A stretch of 63,531 nt of DNA, filler included, from Octopus bimaculoides (taxonomy: Eukaryota), in the NCBI RefSeq assembly GCF_001194135.2. It is 5 parts of 5 records of this genome, joined end to end, with 100 filler letters (N's around TTAATTAATTAA, not from the genome) between each part and the next. Parts side by side here need not be neighbours in the genome. Positions count along the whole stretch, not along the records: positions 22,336 to 40,465 come from NC_068999.1; positions 40,566 to 45,615 come from NC_069005.1; positions 45,716 to 56,319 come from NC_068986.1; 2 more parts are not named here. The stretch is one strand, 5' to 3'. How positions within the stretch are numbered: the stretch's first letter is position 1; each line of letters opens with the position of its first letter. Under the pieces are notes generated by a model. That model did no database searches and was not told the origin of the DNA. It saw only the letters and a list, made by a program, of their open reading frames with translations. Below, piece by piece: positions 36,598-48,830 of the stretch. The position numbers were made by a program, and so were the translations under genes.

Positions 36598-37336
36598 TGG
36601 ATCTTTTCAGTTTCGCTCACAGATTTTTAAATTATTTTTTTAACTATACAGTTTGAAACTTCGTATACTGGTGTAATTTCTTACGTTGAATACGGTTTAC
36701 TTTCAACATGTTTGACAAAATTCCGTACTTTAGAAGTTATTTCGTGTTAAAGTTGTCGTATTTGGGGAATTTTAACCAATTAACGACATGTATTCAGCTG
36801 AAGAAAGGCTACTGCTGTTTGCGATAGTAAGCGAAGAGCAACAACTTCCAGGTCATCTCTATTAAATGTCACCACTTTGTTCAATTTTATTTTTGTTTAC
36901 TGCTTGTGTTGCATATTAAACGCTTTTTGGCTTTTCGATCGACTATTTGTATGAGTGATGAAAATGCAAATGTACAAAGAGGCGATCGAAAAGCAAAAAA
37001 AAAAAAAGAAAGCGTATAATATGCAACACAGGGAGTAAACAAAAATAAAACAGAACAGAGTGGTGACATTTAATAGAGATGACCCGAAAGTTGTTACTCT
37101 TCGATTACTATCGCAAACAGCAGTAGCTTTCTTCAGCTGCATACATGTCGTCGATTGGTTAAAATTATCCAAATACAAATTTAACACGTAATAACTTCTA
37201 AAAGAGGAAATTTTGTCAAAAATGTTGAAATTAAACCATGCTCAGCGTGAGAAAGTATACCAGTATACGAAGTTTCAAACTGATAAGTTAAAAAGAAAAT
37301 AATTTTAAAATCTGGGAGTGAAACTGAAGAGATCCA
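36598..37336. repeat. 739-bp near-complete palindrome (foldback element)
   Basis: Arms 36598-36951 and 36973-37336 are imperfect reverse complements up to a 21-nt loop. Confidence 0.9.
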
Positions 37337-37346
37337 AGGAGAGATC

Positions 37347-38480
37347 AGTAAAAACCCATTATTTTTTGTCCTGGTCCACAGGAAGACAAAGACATCAACT
37401 TAACACATTGCTTCATTGAGGATGATCTGAAATATATTCCAAGAATATAGACTGGATGAAGGAAAGCCTTATTCTAGTTATGTCATTCTCAAAAGATATA
37501 GGAATGAAGTATGACTAGTCAAATGTTCTTACATGGTTGTCAAATCTAAGTCACATTATTATCAATGGCCTGAAAATCTCTCCGCTATCTGATGGGGAAT
37601 GCTACAGGTACTTAAAAATAAATGATTTCCTATGAAAGACTCCATAAAGAAGACTGTAACCAGGGAACATAACACCACAATTACAAAATATGGTTCTCAA
37701 AAATACCTGCATGCAATAAATCGAATGTATTTGCTTAACTAGTATTGACGCCAACATTTGGACAGCAGTATTGGGTGTTAATTGACACCCGATTGATGTA
37801 AAAACTAGAAGATATTGAACTCGTGCCAGGAATTTCTACAGCAATGGTGATATAGACTGCTTTTACTTAAAACTAAGACATGGTAGTAGAAGCTTAACAT
37901 CGATCAAAACAGCCTTTCAATGTCGCACTGTATCCCTTCGACATCAACTAACTACCAAATGTCGAGGTCCTGCCACGGATCAAGTCTACATACATAAAGT
38001 TGATAACACTATGAGACTTGGAAATGAGCTTCTAAAAATGTATTCCCTGACTGATGGTCTAAGATATACATCCAGAAAAGTTGTTTAACTTCAGTGCAAC
38101 AGATCGTCAGAAGAGAGACTACATAAAAAAAAGATAAAGATAAAGATAAACCATCTAAATGTGATTACTGATGCAGGTTTTGTGGGATCCTCATCATATG
38201 TTACTGACCCAAAATGTCTTCACTGTAATATTTATGATTATGAGATAATGCCGTTGACGGAATATTATATTTAAAAATCCGTAGAAAGAATAGCTCTGAG
38301 GTGACACACATAAGGAACTTCAGTAACGTGGAGGGCACAACTACACATAATTTAAGAAAAGTACTGGTAGAATGTCCATGTGAAGACTAGAATAAAATAC
38401 TAGCGTCAAGAGACCAGACATGGTGATCTGGGACATGGAAAATAAATTGTGCATAGTAGTGGAAATCAGTTGCCAGAAAA
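37347..38480 (+). mobile_element. Second decayed R4/Dong-like fragment, homologous to 24158-25600
   Basis: Long near-identical blocks (e.g. ACAGCAATGGTGATATAGACTGCTTTTACTTAAAACTAAGACA); FIEDDLK motif; internal deletion relative to the first copy. Confidence 0.8.
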
Positions 38481-38491
38481 TTTTAACATTA

Positions 38492-38876
38492 TTCTTTTAT
38501 TCTTTTACTCGTTTCAGTCATTTTGACTGTGGCCATGCTGGAACACCGCCTTAAAGGGTTTTTAGTCGTAGCAATCGACCCCAGGACTTATTCTTTGTAA
38601 GCCTAGTACTTATGTATCTGTCTCTTTTGCCGAACCACTAAGTTATGGTGACGTAAATACACCAGCATTGGTTGTCAAGCTATGATGTGGGGTGCAAACA
38701 CAGACACAAAGATACACACTTACAGGCTTCTTTCAGTTTCCGTCTACCAAATCCACTCACAAGGCTTTGATCGGCCCGAGGCTATAGTAGAAGACACTTG
38801 CCTAAGGTGCCACGCAGTGGGACCGAACCCGGAACCATGTGTTTGGGAAGCAAGCTACCTACCACACAACCACGCA
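38492..38876 (-). mobile_element. Full-length SINE A, tail type 1, with almost no internal microsatellite
   Basis: Head 38715-38876 adjoins tail 38492-38715 via a short CA-rich linker. Confidence 0.9.
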
Positions 38877-39614
38877 TTATGTTAAATGTTAGTGTAATTT
38901 TTTTTTTTTTTTGTAATCTATACTTAAGTCCATCTGAACAATAAATTTAGATATCCACCAATAACTATTGGGGGTACTAGGTTACATAACTAACGTGCAC
39001 ATAAACATGCATAAATACACGCAAATAAATACATGCAACGGTCATGGAAATTAACTCATTTCCATGTATCAACCATTCTTAGACACCAATAGTTTTTCTT
39101 AAAGAGCAGAAGTAAAAGATGATGAAGCTGTAGACGAACAGAGAAAAGTAACTGTTATTATCAATGCTGCCTTTACAGTTTACCCTCATGAAAAAGAAAA
39201 CTAGGAACTTGCAGATCCCGCTACAACGGGAGCAACCATTTTTGAAAAATCTATTTTGGGTTTGTAGTCTTAAGGATGTTTTAGAAATGAAAATGATTAT
39301 AGTAAATGAAATGTGCACAGAACTGCATTTACTTTTCAGATCAAACAGTTATCTTCCCGGTGACTTAGCATTGGTTGGGGGTCACCCAAAGAACTCGGAA
39401 TTCCTCATTCTCCAAGTCGTTTTACAGCGGACTCGTTCATTATCTCAAGTATCTGTTTCCGCATCTATTGTTAGATAGTCATGGACACTACATTGGGTTC
39501 GCCTGTCCTTTTGACAGTTGATTTTTGTCGTGTTACGTTTCTAGCAATCATCCTCATAACTTTAACCTGGTAGAGGTGCCGGTTTACATTTATGCAGGCA
39601 TCAATATATGTATG

Positions 39615-40085
39615 TATGCAAAGCCATCTGAGGTGGGGTGGGCATCTGTTAAGAATGAATGATGAAAGACTTCCCAAGCAACTTTTGTATGATGAGCTGG
39701 AAGCTGGTAGGAGACTAGCACATAGACCCAAAATGAGGAGTTTCAGTTGTTGATTAGGAGAGGGAGGCACAAGACCGAGATGGATGTAGGAAGAGAATGC
39801 ACAGTGGTTGTTCGAGGTTTGAAAGAGAAGGAATGAAGCACAAGAAGATTAGGAGAAGGCTTAGAAAGAATGACCCTGTGGAGAATGAGGAAGTGTTGCT
39901 TTGCGTGTGTGTTGCTTGTGGGAGGAGATGCTTGAGTCATGCGGACCTGGCCAGCCATCAAAAAACCTCACAGGAAGCGACCCATGGTAAATTGTGATAT
40001 GGCTGTTGTTCACAACAGAACATGTGCAACATGTGGAAAGATGTGCCTCTCAGTTGGAGGATTGAAAAGGCAATTTAAGAGTTCA
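39615..40085 (+). mobile_element. RTE-clade LINE 3' relic with two C2H2-like zinc fingers
   Basis: HLRWGGHLLRMNDERLPKQLLYDELEAGRR, then CVACGRRCLSHADLASH and CATCGKMCLSVGGLKR. Confidence 0.8.
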
Positions 40086-40664
40086 TACTATGGTACCTGT
40101 TTCTTCTGCCAGCCAGCATAGCTGTGAATTATGTTGTAGTGACGTCATATTGGCGCCAAAAGGCCGACGCCATTGCTGAATCCTTAACCACGCATGCGTG
40201 GGTTTCAACATCGAAGCGTTCCCGCTATTACACTGTCTCTTACCAAGCCAGACAGCGACCAAGCAAGACGTCTAAGCAAGCTCTCCCATTTGAGTGTGTT
40301 TGAACCAAGTTGTCTCTATAACGACACCAGCTCGAAGAACCGTACATCTACATTTCAGGCTACTCTAAAACCGGACAATTAGAAGCTGTTTTATTTTCCA
40401 CCGTACAATAAATATTTGTTGTTGTTGATCAGATTGGAGTTTCTGCGTTCAGTTCTCTTCCAATTNNNNNNNNNNNNNNNNNNNNNNNNNNNNNNNNNNN
40501 NNNNNNNNNTTAATTAATTAANNNNNNNNNNNNNNNNNNNNNNNNNNNNNNNNNNNNNNNNNNNNGAAAGGGCAAAACTGATCTTGGAATGCAAAGAAAA
40601 GCAACAAAATACTAAAAAACATTTTGTTTGATGCTTTCTGAGAATTCTGCAACAAAAAAACAAC

Positions 40665-41045
40665 AATAATTTGTTTCATAGGCACAAGGGAAAACTTGGG
40701 GGAGAGGTAAAGTTTATAAATTTGAACTCTCCACCCAGTTTCCGAGTAGTACTTTATTTTATTGACCCTGGAAGGATGAAAAGCAAAGTTAACCTCAGTG
40801 GGACCTGAACTCACAATGTAAAGAACTAGAACAAATACCACAAGAAATTCTGTCTGTCCTTTAATGATTTCTAATTTAGGCACAAAGAAACGTGGCTAGT
40901 CAATTACAATGACTCCATTATTGGACTGGTACTTCATTTTACTGACCTTGAAAGGATGAAAAGGTAAATTTGACCATGGGTTAATTTGAACTGAGAAAGT
41001 AGAAACCAAAATAAATATTGCAAGGCATTCTTATTCTAATGTTCT
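40665..41045 (-). mobile_element. Two stacked, decayed SINE B copies
   Basis: GAAAGGATGAAAAG...TTTGAACT core appears twice head-to-tail. Confidence 0.65.
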
Positions 41046-43094
41046 AACAACTCAAAGCAAGAACTACAAATAATAAAAACAATGAAATCCCACTGACCTT
41101 TGTGAGGGACGTTACTGAAAATAGAAAGGAGATGATCAAAGTCTTCTTGACGTATCTGTTGTTTCCTGTAAGAAGATAAGACTGATATTAGGGAAATGTC
41201 AATCCTCAGAAAGATTTGAACTCAGAACATAAGAACTATTAACAATTCATAAAAGACTCATTTCATCCAGCCTCCACAGACTCTCCACATTCTTTTCACA
41301 TACTTCATACACTGATTGATGAGCCAATAAAGGAGCTGCTAGGTGGTAATGACATGCTGTAATTGCAGCTACATCTCTTTCAGTACATACTCTACCATCT
41401 TAAAAAAAAAGGATGTGTTGAATAATGTGATCGTTGGTTTCCTACACATAGGAAAAAGACAGGATGGCCATGGCTAGAATGTTTTTTATCAAAGGTTTGT
41501 TTAATGAGGGTGGACTTAAAGCTATACAACAACAACCAGCTGATGCCTTTAGTGTTTAGCCACCTGCTTAGTTTCACCTTTTGACACCTGTTCCTGTTCT
41601 ATCATACTTTAACCTCTCATCACCTGGCATAAAGCCACCTCCCTCAATACTATACCCTTCGGTTGTAGGTCTTGTATGAAATATAACTTTACTAGTAATG
41701 GTGCCGCATAAAAAGCTCTCAAGTTGTGAGTGTTAAGAATGAAACTTTGCCAAATCAGATATTGGAGTTTGGCATAGTCCTCTAGCTGTCAGCTCATGTT
41801 CAAAATTTCAACCCATGCCAGCATAGAAAGCAACCATTAGCTGGTAATATAGATAAATATTACAAATGCAACAAACCATACAATATTTCTCTCTAACTTC
41901 CACCAATCATCCAGTCACTGACACAGAGGTAAGTTAACATTACAAATCTTCCAGATCAGACATGCCTCATTTCTCTCAAGCCAACCTCCACAGATCTTCC
42001 TCATTTACTGCCATGTGTCTACACAACTGGAGAGAACATCAGTTTGTTGTTGTTCAGCTCCAAGTTAGCTCTGATAAGTACACTTATGATTAAAGGTATT
42101 TAGTTATGACCATGCTCTCGTTTATTTTGGCAGGAATGGTGTACCTCAGAGTACATTATTCAATATGACCTACTATGTGTGGCTTGAAGGAAATTCAGAT
42201 GTTACTTCTAGCAGAGTTAGCAACATGTACAATTTCCTTTATTGGTTCAAGCCATCAAAAGACTTCCAAATGTTTATTTCTCTAGCCACCTTACTTTCAC
42301 TACAACCTTTTATAGAACTAATTAGGTCATCTAGATCAAGGGACAGCAAATTACAGCCCTTGGGCCTGCCAGTGGCCTCATTCCATGCAATATACCAACT
42401 TCATTGAATATGTGATGTCACATCAAAAATCCATACTTTAGGAATTCCAACAGCTCCTTTATAGGATCCAGTGGCTAAGGACATTGTCAAGAAGAACTAC
42501 GTCTGGTTTCAGCCCGTACTCCTCTACAGTTTTTGACAGTATCAAACAAGATTCAAAAATGAAAATTTGCCCAGGTGTGATATTTTAAAAGCTAAATATT
42601 TTCACCTTCCATAAAGATAGCTCAAGAGAGACTGATAGCATCTCATACACTTGCAATATAGTTTATATAAATAATTATTTGTTGAGAAAAACAAGTAAAC
42701 AGGATTTCATTTCTAATTTACTTTGGCACACAAGACATGAAAATATTTTCAATCTAGCTGGCCTCTAAAAACAATTTCTGGTCTGAAGATCTAGATAACT
42801 ATATCTAATAGTAGATGAGTTCCCCTTTTTGTTATGGTACATCTTGGGCATCTGCCATTTGATGCTGTTGGAATTATGGTATTCAGTCAGAAAGGCAACA
42901 GAACAATAAAACCATTCCATCATCCAAAATGTAATGAAAATTAACTTGACCTTTCCCTGAGAACCAGTCTACATTTCTAATGAGAAAGTCCCCATTATTT
43001 AGATAAATGCCAAGTTAACATTTAAAAAAATAATTAGAGGAGAAAAACAAATAAAAGAAAATAATAGTATTTACACAGGTCACTGCCCCCTCCC

Positions 43095-43495
43095 ATATAT
43101 ATAGGTGTAGCTGTATGATTAAGAAGTTTGTTTCACAACCACATGGTTTCAGTTCAGTCTCACTGCCTGGCACCATGGGCAAGTGTCTTCTATTGTAGCC
43201 CCAGGAAAGCCAAAGCCTTGTAAGTGGATCTGGTAAATGAAAACTGAAAGTAGCTACTCATGTATGTGAATATGAGTGTGTGTATATTTGTGAATCCTTG
43301 TCTTGATATCACAGAATTGTAAATGAATATCATTCATTTCCAATATTCTGTGAAAAACATGTCAGGCGATGGAGAAATATTACCTTGCTTGCAAACAGTT
43401 AAGGATAGGAAGGGCATCTAGCCATAGAAAATCTACCTTAATAAAATCTATGGAAAAGTGAATGTTAAACAATGATGATGATAATGATGGTGATG
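43095..43495 (+). mobile_element. SINE family A, tail type 2
   Basis: Head plus GGAAGGGCATCTAGCCATAGAAAATCT...GGAAAAGTGAATGTTAAA(TGA)n. Confidence 0.75.
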
Positions 43496-43540
43496 ATATA
43501 TACGTAGGTAGTGCCCCAGTTCTGGACTAATGACTAAAAC

Positions 43541-43594
<54 letters not shown>

Positions 43595-43611
43595 TTCCAC
43601 ACAATGCGAAT

Positions 43612-44172
43612 AAGAGACGAAACCCCACAAGAGTGGAAAGATGCCATTCTTGCATTTTTGTATAAGAAAGGACCCCATATATGTAATAACTTCCATAGGA
43701 CTTCCCTGTTGTCAGTTGTTGGCAAAATTTTCACAAGGATAATTCTCAATCAATTGCTGAGCCATGTTGCACCAGATGTTCTTTCTGAGTCACAATGTGG
43801 ATTTTGGCTAAATCTAGGTAAAACTGATATGATCTTTAAAGCCCAACAGGTCCAAGAGAAGTGCAGAGAACAACTTGATCTGTACCAGTGTTTCATCAGT
43901 CTTATCAAGGACTTTGACACCATACACAGACTAACTTTTTAAAGTTTCCTCAAGTTGTGGTGTCCAGAAAACCCCAGGGCTCATTCACTCTCTTCACGAT
44001 AAAATAAAAGTATGGATTTGTGTCAATGGTGAACCACTAGAACCCATCTCAATTGAATCTAGTTTAAACAAGGTGATCTCCTGCCTCCTACATTGTTTGC
44101 CATTTTCTTTGCTATTATTATCTTGCAAGCAATGCTGGTATCTACATCAATTACCTTAAAACAGTAAAGCTG
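43612..44172 (+). mobile_element. RTE-clade reverse transcriptase relic
   Basis: PQEWKDAI...SLLSVVGKIFTRIILN...LSESQCGF...TDMIF..QQVQEKCREQ...DFDTI, continuing to QGDLLPPTLFAIFF and GIYINY. Confidence 0.9.
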
Positions 44173-44174
44173 TT

Positions 44175-44470
44175 CGTGTGTGGTTGTTACCAGTGCTGCT
44201 GGACTGGCTCCTGTACAGGTGGCTAGTAAAAAACACCTTGAGCGTGGTCGTTGCCAGTACTGTCTGACTGGCCCTCGTGACAGTGGCACATAAAAGCACC
44301 CACTACACTGAGTGGTTGGCATTAAGAAGGGCATCCAGATGTATAAACTTTGCCAGATCAGATTGGAGCCCGGTGCAGCCTTCTGGCTCACCAGTCCTCA
44401 GTCAAACCATCCAACCCATGCCAGCACGGAAAGCGGACGTTAAATGATGACGACGGCGATGATGATGATG
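44175..44470 (+). mobile_element. SINE-like family D copy inserted at the end of the RTE RT relic
   Basis: Two GGTGGCAC.TAAAA.CACC-type modules, GAAGGGCATCCAG motif, GGAAAGCGGACGTTAAA(TGA)n tail. Copies at 45352-45615 (-) and 53530-53850 (-). Confidence 0.75.
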
Positions 44471-44926
44471 AATTGGCTTATATTTCGTATATGATTGTAT
44501 TTGGAAACTGTCCTTCAATTTAAGGTTTTCTTTGATTTTACAATATGATAAATTTATGCTGAATTTATTTTGTTTATTGCATGCTTAAGATTTTTAGTTG
44601 AAAGGACCAATGAAACAAAACCATTTTCAAAGGTGTATCCATTAAACTAGTTTTTTAGTTTTAGTTTGATTATATTGCCATTTGTGTTCCATTCCAATAA
44701 AACTGTCTGACGAACAAGAACGGGAAACTCTGAGTAAAAGATTTTGTAATATTTCTGCTGCTTTTAAATAAANNNNNNNNNNNNNNNNNNNNNNNNNNNN
44801 NNNNNNNNNNNNNNNNNNNNNNNNNNNNNNNNNNNNNNNNNNNNNNNNNNNNNNNNNNNNNNNNNNNNNNNNNNNNNNNNNNNNNNNNNNNNNNNNNNNN
44901 NNNNNNNNNNNNNNNNNNNNNNNNNN

Positions 44927-44983
<57 letters not shown>

Positions 44984-45117
44984 TCACATACATATACATC
45001 AACATACATATACACACATACACATACATGCATACATATATGCACATAAGCATATATATAAGGTGCACACATATACATCTATACACAAACACACACATAT
45101 ATATATATATACACATA

Positions 45118-45348
45118 CATGGTTGGCCAAAAGTCAGCTGACAGTAAATCAAAACCATTTAATTCCAAGTTTTATTTATGTTTAACAACTGAATGAATTT
45201 AATAAAAGCATCTAAATATAAAACATCATCAAAATTGTTCAAACTGAAACCCTTCTAGAGTGACATTTTTCTATTTGAGTCAATACAGAATTACAGATAG
45301 TATTTAAGGAATTTTGATTTACTGTTGGGTGACATTTGGCCAACCCTG
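45118..45348. mobile_element. Tc1/mariner-type MITE, 231 bp
   Basis: 37-bp TIRs (32/37 match) CA(T/G)GGTTGGCCAAA...CAGTAAATCAAAA flanked by TA on both sides. Confidence 0.85.
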
Positions 45349-45351
45349 TAT

Positions 45352-45615
45352 ACATCATCATCATCATCATCATCATCGTTTAACGTCCGCTTTCCATGCT
45401 AGCATGGGTTGGATGATTTGACTGAGGACTGGTGAAACCGGATGGCAACACCAGCCTCCAATCTGATATGGCAGAGTTTCTACAGCTGGATGCCCTTCCT
45501 AACGCCCAACCACTCAGAGAGTGTAGTGGGTGCTTTTACGTGTCACCCGCACGAAGGCCAGTCAGGCGGTACTGGCAACGGCCACGCTCAAAATGGTGTA
45601 TTTTATGTGCCACCC
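45352..45615 (-). mobile_element. Family D copy (truncated by gap)
   Basis: (CAT)n-CGTTTAACGTCCGCTTTCCATGCTAGCATGGG..., nearly identical to 53530-53850. Confidence 0.8.
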
Positions 45616-46451
45616 NNNNNNNNNNNNNNNNNNNNNNNNNNNNNNNNNNNNNNNNNNNNTTAATTAATTAANNNNNNNNNNNNNNNNNNNNNNNNNNNNN
45701 NNNNNNNNNNNNNNNTATAAGTACTAGGCTTACAAAGAATAAGTCCCGGGGTCGATTTGCTCGACTAAAGGCGGTGCTCCAGCATGGCAGCAGTCAAATG
45801 ACTGAAACAAGTAAAAGAATAAAAGAGTATTGCCTCTGAAACGTCATATCAAACGGTGAACAACTTACAACTTCGTGTATCAAGGTTGAAAACTTCTGCA
45901 TTACAGTTAACTTCACAAATAACGACACCCTTGTAGATCTGAGGTGACGTGACTGTGAATTTTGCAGACATGGATGTGTAGTTAAAATGTTTGATTCGCA
46001 ACGACGTGATTCCGTGTGTAGGGGTGTGGTGTAGTGTGGTATGTTTGGGCGCGCGTGCCTATCTCTATGTGTATGTATGTGTGTATATGTATATCTGTGT
46101 TTATGTTAATGCCTGTAAAGAAACGGCGTTACGTTGTATTGTTTCATGTTCCGTAAGTTGGCGATATGAAAAATATTTATCAACAAAATAAATACTGTGG
46201 TCGATATAATAATCAATTTAAAAACCATTGGAAGCGGTTTGTCGACAGGGCAACATAACAATGACCTAAAACTAGTATAACAATATTGATTTCTAGCTTC
46301 TTTTTATTGATTTGAACTCAGAACGTAGGGATGTGGAACTAAGTTCCATAAAACATCTTTCACTCTCTCATTGCCGCTCTTTTATATTAAAGTCACCATT
46401 ATGGAAATGAATCAACAGTAATTCATTGATTCCAAAAGTTTTGTCGGATGA

Positions 46452-47095
46452 AGGCATGGGTGTGTGATTAAGAAACAAACTTTGCAGCCACGTGGTCTCG
46501 GGTTCAGTCCCACTACGCAGCACCTCGGGCAAGTGTCTTCAACTATAACCCCAGGCCGGCCAATTGCTTTGTGAATGAACTTGATAGACGGAAACTGTGG
46601 AAACCCGTTGTATATATATATATATATATNNNNNNNNNNNNNNNNNNNNNNNNNNNNNNNNNNNNNNNNNNNNNNNNNNNNNNNNNNNNNNNNNNNNNNN
46701 NNNNNNNNNNNNNNNNNNNNNNNNNNNNNNNNNNNNNNNNNNNNNNNNNNNNNNNNNNNNNNNNNNNNNNNNNNNNNNNNNNNNNNNNNNNNNNNNNNNN
46801 NNNNNNNNNNNNNNNNNNNNNNNNNNNNNNNNNNNNNNNNNNNNNNNNNNNNNNATGTATGTATGTATGTGCGTGTCTTTGTGTTTGTCCACCTATCCCT
46901 CCAACCGCTTGAGACCGGTGCTGGTTTATTTACGTTCCCCGTAACTTAGCGGGTAAAAGACACCGAGAGAATAAGTACCAGATTTTTTAAAAAAAACATA
47001 AGTACTGAGGCCAATTTGTTAGACTAAACGTTTCAAGGCGGTGTCCCAGCATGGCCTCAGTCCAATGACTGAAACAGGTAAAAGATGGACGATAA
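46452..47095 (+). mobile_element. SINE A, tail type 1, with its internal (TA)n in a gap
   Basis: Head 46452-46610, N run, tail 46855-47095. Confidence 0.8.
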
Positions 47096-47854
47096 AATTT
47101 TCAGTACAAAGCATTTGCATATTGCAAGCTTATTTTTCTTAAATATTTGGCAGATATTTACCACAGTAATAGCAAATATCATGCTGAAGACCGCAGTCTT
47201 TTCGATGATGATGTAAAGATATGTCTAATGCAGTCATTTTCAAACAGTGCACCATGGTGGGTATCTGGATGCACCCCGATTTTTAAAAAGTATAATCTAA
47301 GACTTTTAGAAAAGCATTAACATAGTACGGACTAATCTCGGTCTTTAAGGCAACAAGTTGGCAGAATCGTTAACTCGGCTTACAAAATGCTTAATGACAT
47401 ATCTTAGCTTTGCCTTTCATCCTTTCGAGGTCGATGAAACAAAGCACCGGTCATGTATTATCGCAATTTTACAAAGCAACGAACCAAAGATGATGCCTCT
47501 ATGTAGTTGATGTACATGTGAGAAACAGCAGCTAAATCTCTATTAAATCACAGCTCACCGTTTTAAACAAGGAAAGAACACGTAAGATAATATAGTCCAA
47601 TATATCCTTAAAAGATGGGATTATCACAGCTGAAATACCTTTGGTTATCGATATGCTCAATCAGTGTTAACTTTTTTCATGAGTCTGCTCATAAGCCCAC
47701 ACAGTTAGGTTTGACCTTGGGCTAAACAACTACGACTCACACGGCCTTAATCATCATTTCGTTAACACGAAATTAAGCATGTGGTGTACCCCTAGTGATC
47801 AGCTTTCGTAGGGGAACAATCCCTTCTAGATTAAGTAATGGCGGATTTGAAAGT

Positions 47855-47902
47855 TTGACAGACATTTCCCAGAATCTCTCGATACTGGGAAATGTCTGTC
47901 AA
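47855..47902. other. Perfect 18-bp inverted repeat (hairpin)
   Basis: TTGACAGACATTTCCCAG / CTGGGAAATGTCTGTCAA with a 12-nt spacer. Confidence 0.9.
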
Positions 47903-48084
47903 CCACATCACGAAAAGTTATTTCTAGGTACAAAAAAGTAGGGGAATTAATTGGAGCAATGGGAGATGTCCATACCTTTCACAAAGACCTCAGCAGTATA
48001 CGTGAAGTAAAATAGAGACTCAATAACGACTGAAACCCTATCACGATTTCAACTTGCAAATGGCTTGCAACTTGCTCAAAGAAG

Positions 48085-48830
48085 TTTGCTGTTTCCATGG
48101 ATGGCATTTCTTCTAGCTTTACATTCTGAGTTCACATTCCGCCGAGGTCAACTTTGCCTTTCATCCGTTCAGGGTCGATAAAATAAGTATCAGTTTAGCA
48201 TTGGGTAGATGTAACCGACTAGCCCCTACCATCAAAATTTCAGCCCTTATGTCTTTCGTAGAAAGAAAAATATATGGACTCATAAACGTCTTTTTCATTG
48301 GTTTAACCAACAAATCATTCCTTAAGATAGTTTGATTTGACCAATCGGAACCAGGCGACGAAACATTGTCGTGATATAGCAGTTGAGCCCTGAGATCGAT
48401 ATAATCGACACCCCCCACCAAATTGCTGGTTTTGTGTCGAAAATTTGAAATCAATATTTTATCTAGGTGTCGTCGGTCTTTATGTTCTGAGTACAAATTC
48501 CGCCGAGGCCAACTTTGCCTTTCATCCTTTCAGGGTCAATAAAATAAGTACCGGTTGCCCACTGGGGGTCGATGTAATCGACTTACCCCTCCCCCGAAAT
48601 TGCTGGCCTTGTGCCAGTATTTGAAACCAATATTTTATCTAGGTGTAGACTGTCAGAATCGGTGGAAAGTCGGGGAAAATGTTTTGCGATATTCACTTAT
48701 GTATCTTGACGTTCTGCTTTCAAAGCCGACCAAGATGAACTTTGCTTTTCGTTTTTCTAGGGTCGTTAAAATATTTCAGAACAGAATCGATAACAATCGA
48801 CTGAGCCCTTCTTAAAAAAAAAAAAATTAA
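48085..48830 (+). mobile_element. Cluster of nested and stacked SINE B copies
   Basis: At least three cores; TTTTATCTAGGTGT at 48458-48471 and 48633-48646 flanks the least-diverged, 5'-truncated copy. Confidence 0.75.

Noticed and set aside
47855-47930. Hairpin plus CTAG as a Helitron 3' end
   Set aside because: CTAG is about 21 nt from the stem and followed by G rather than T; the hairpin is long and not GC-rich; no 5' TC end was identified.
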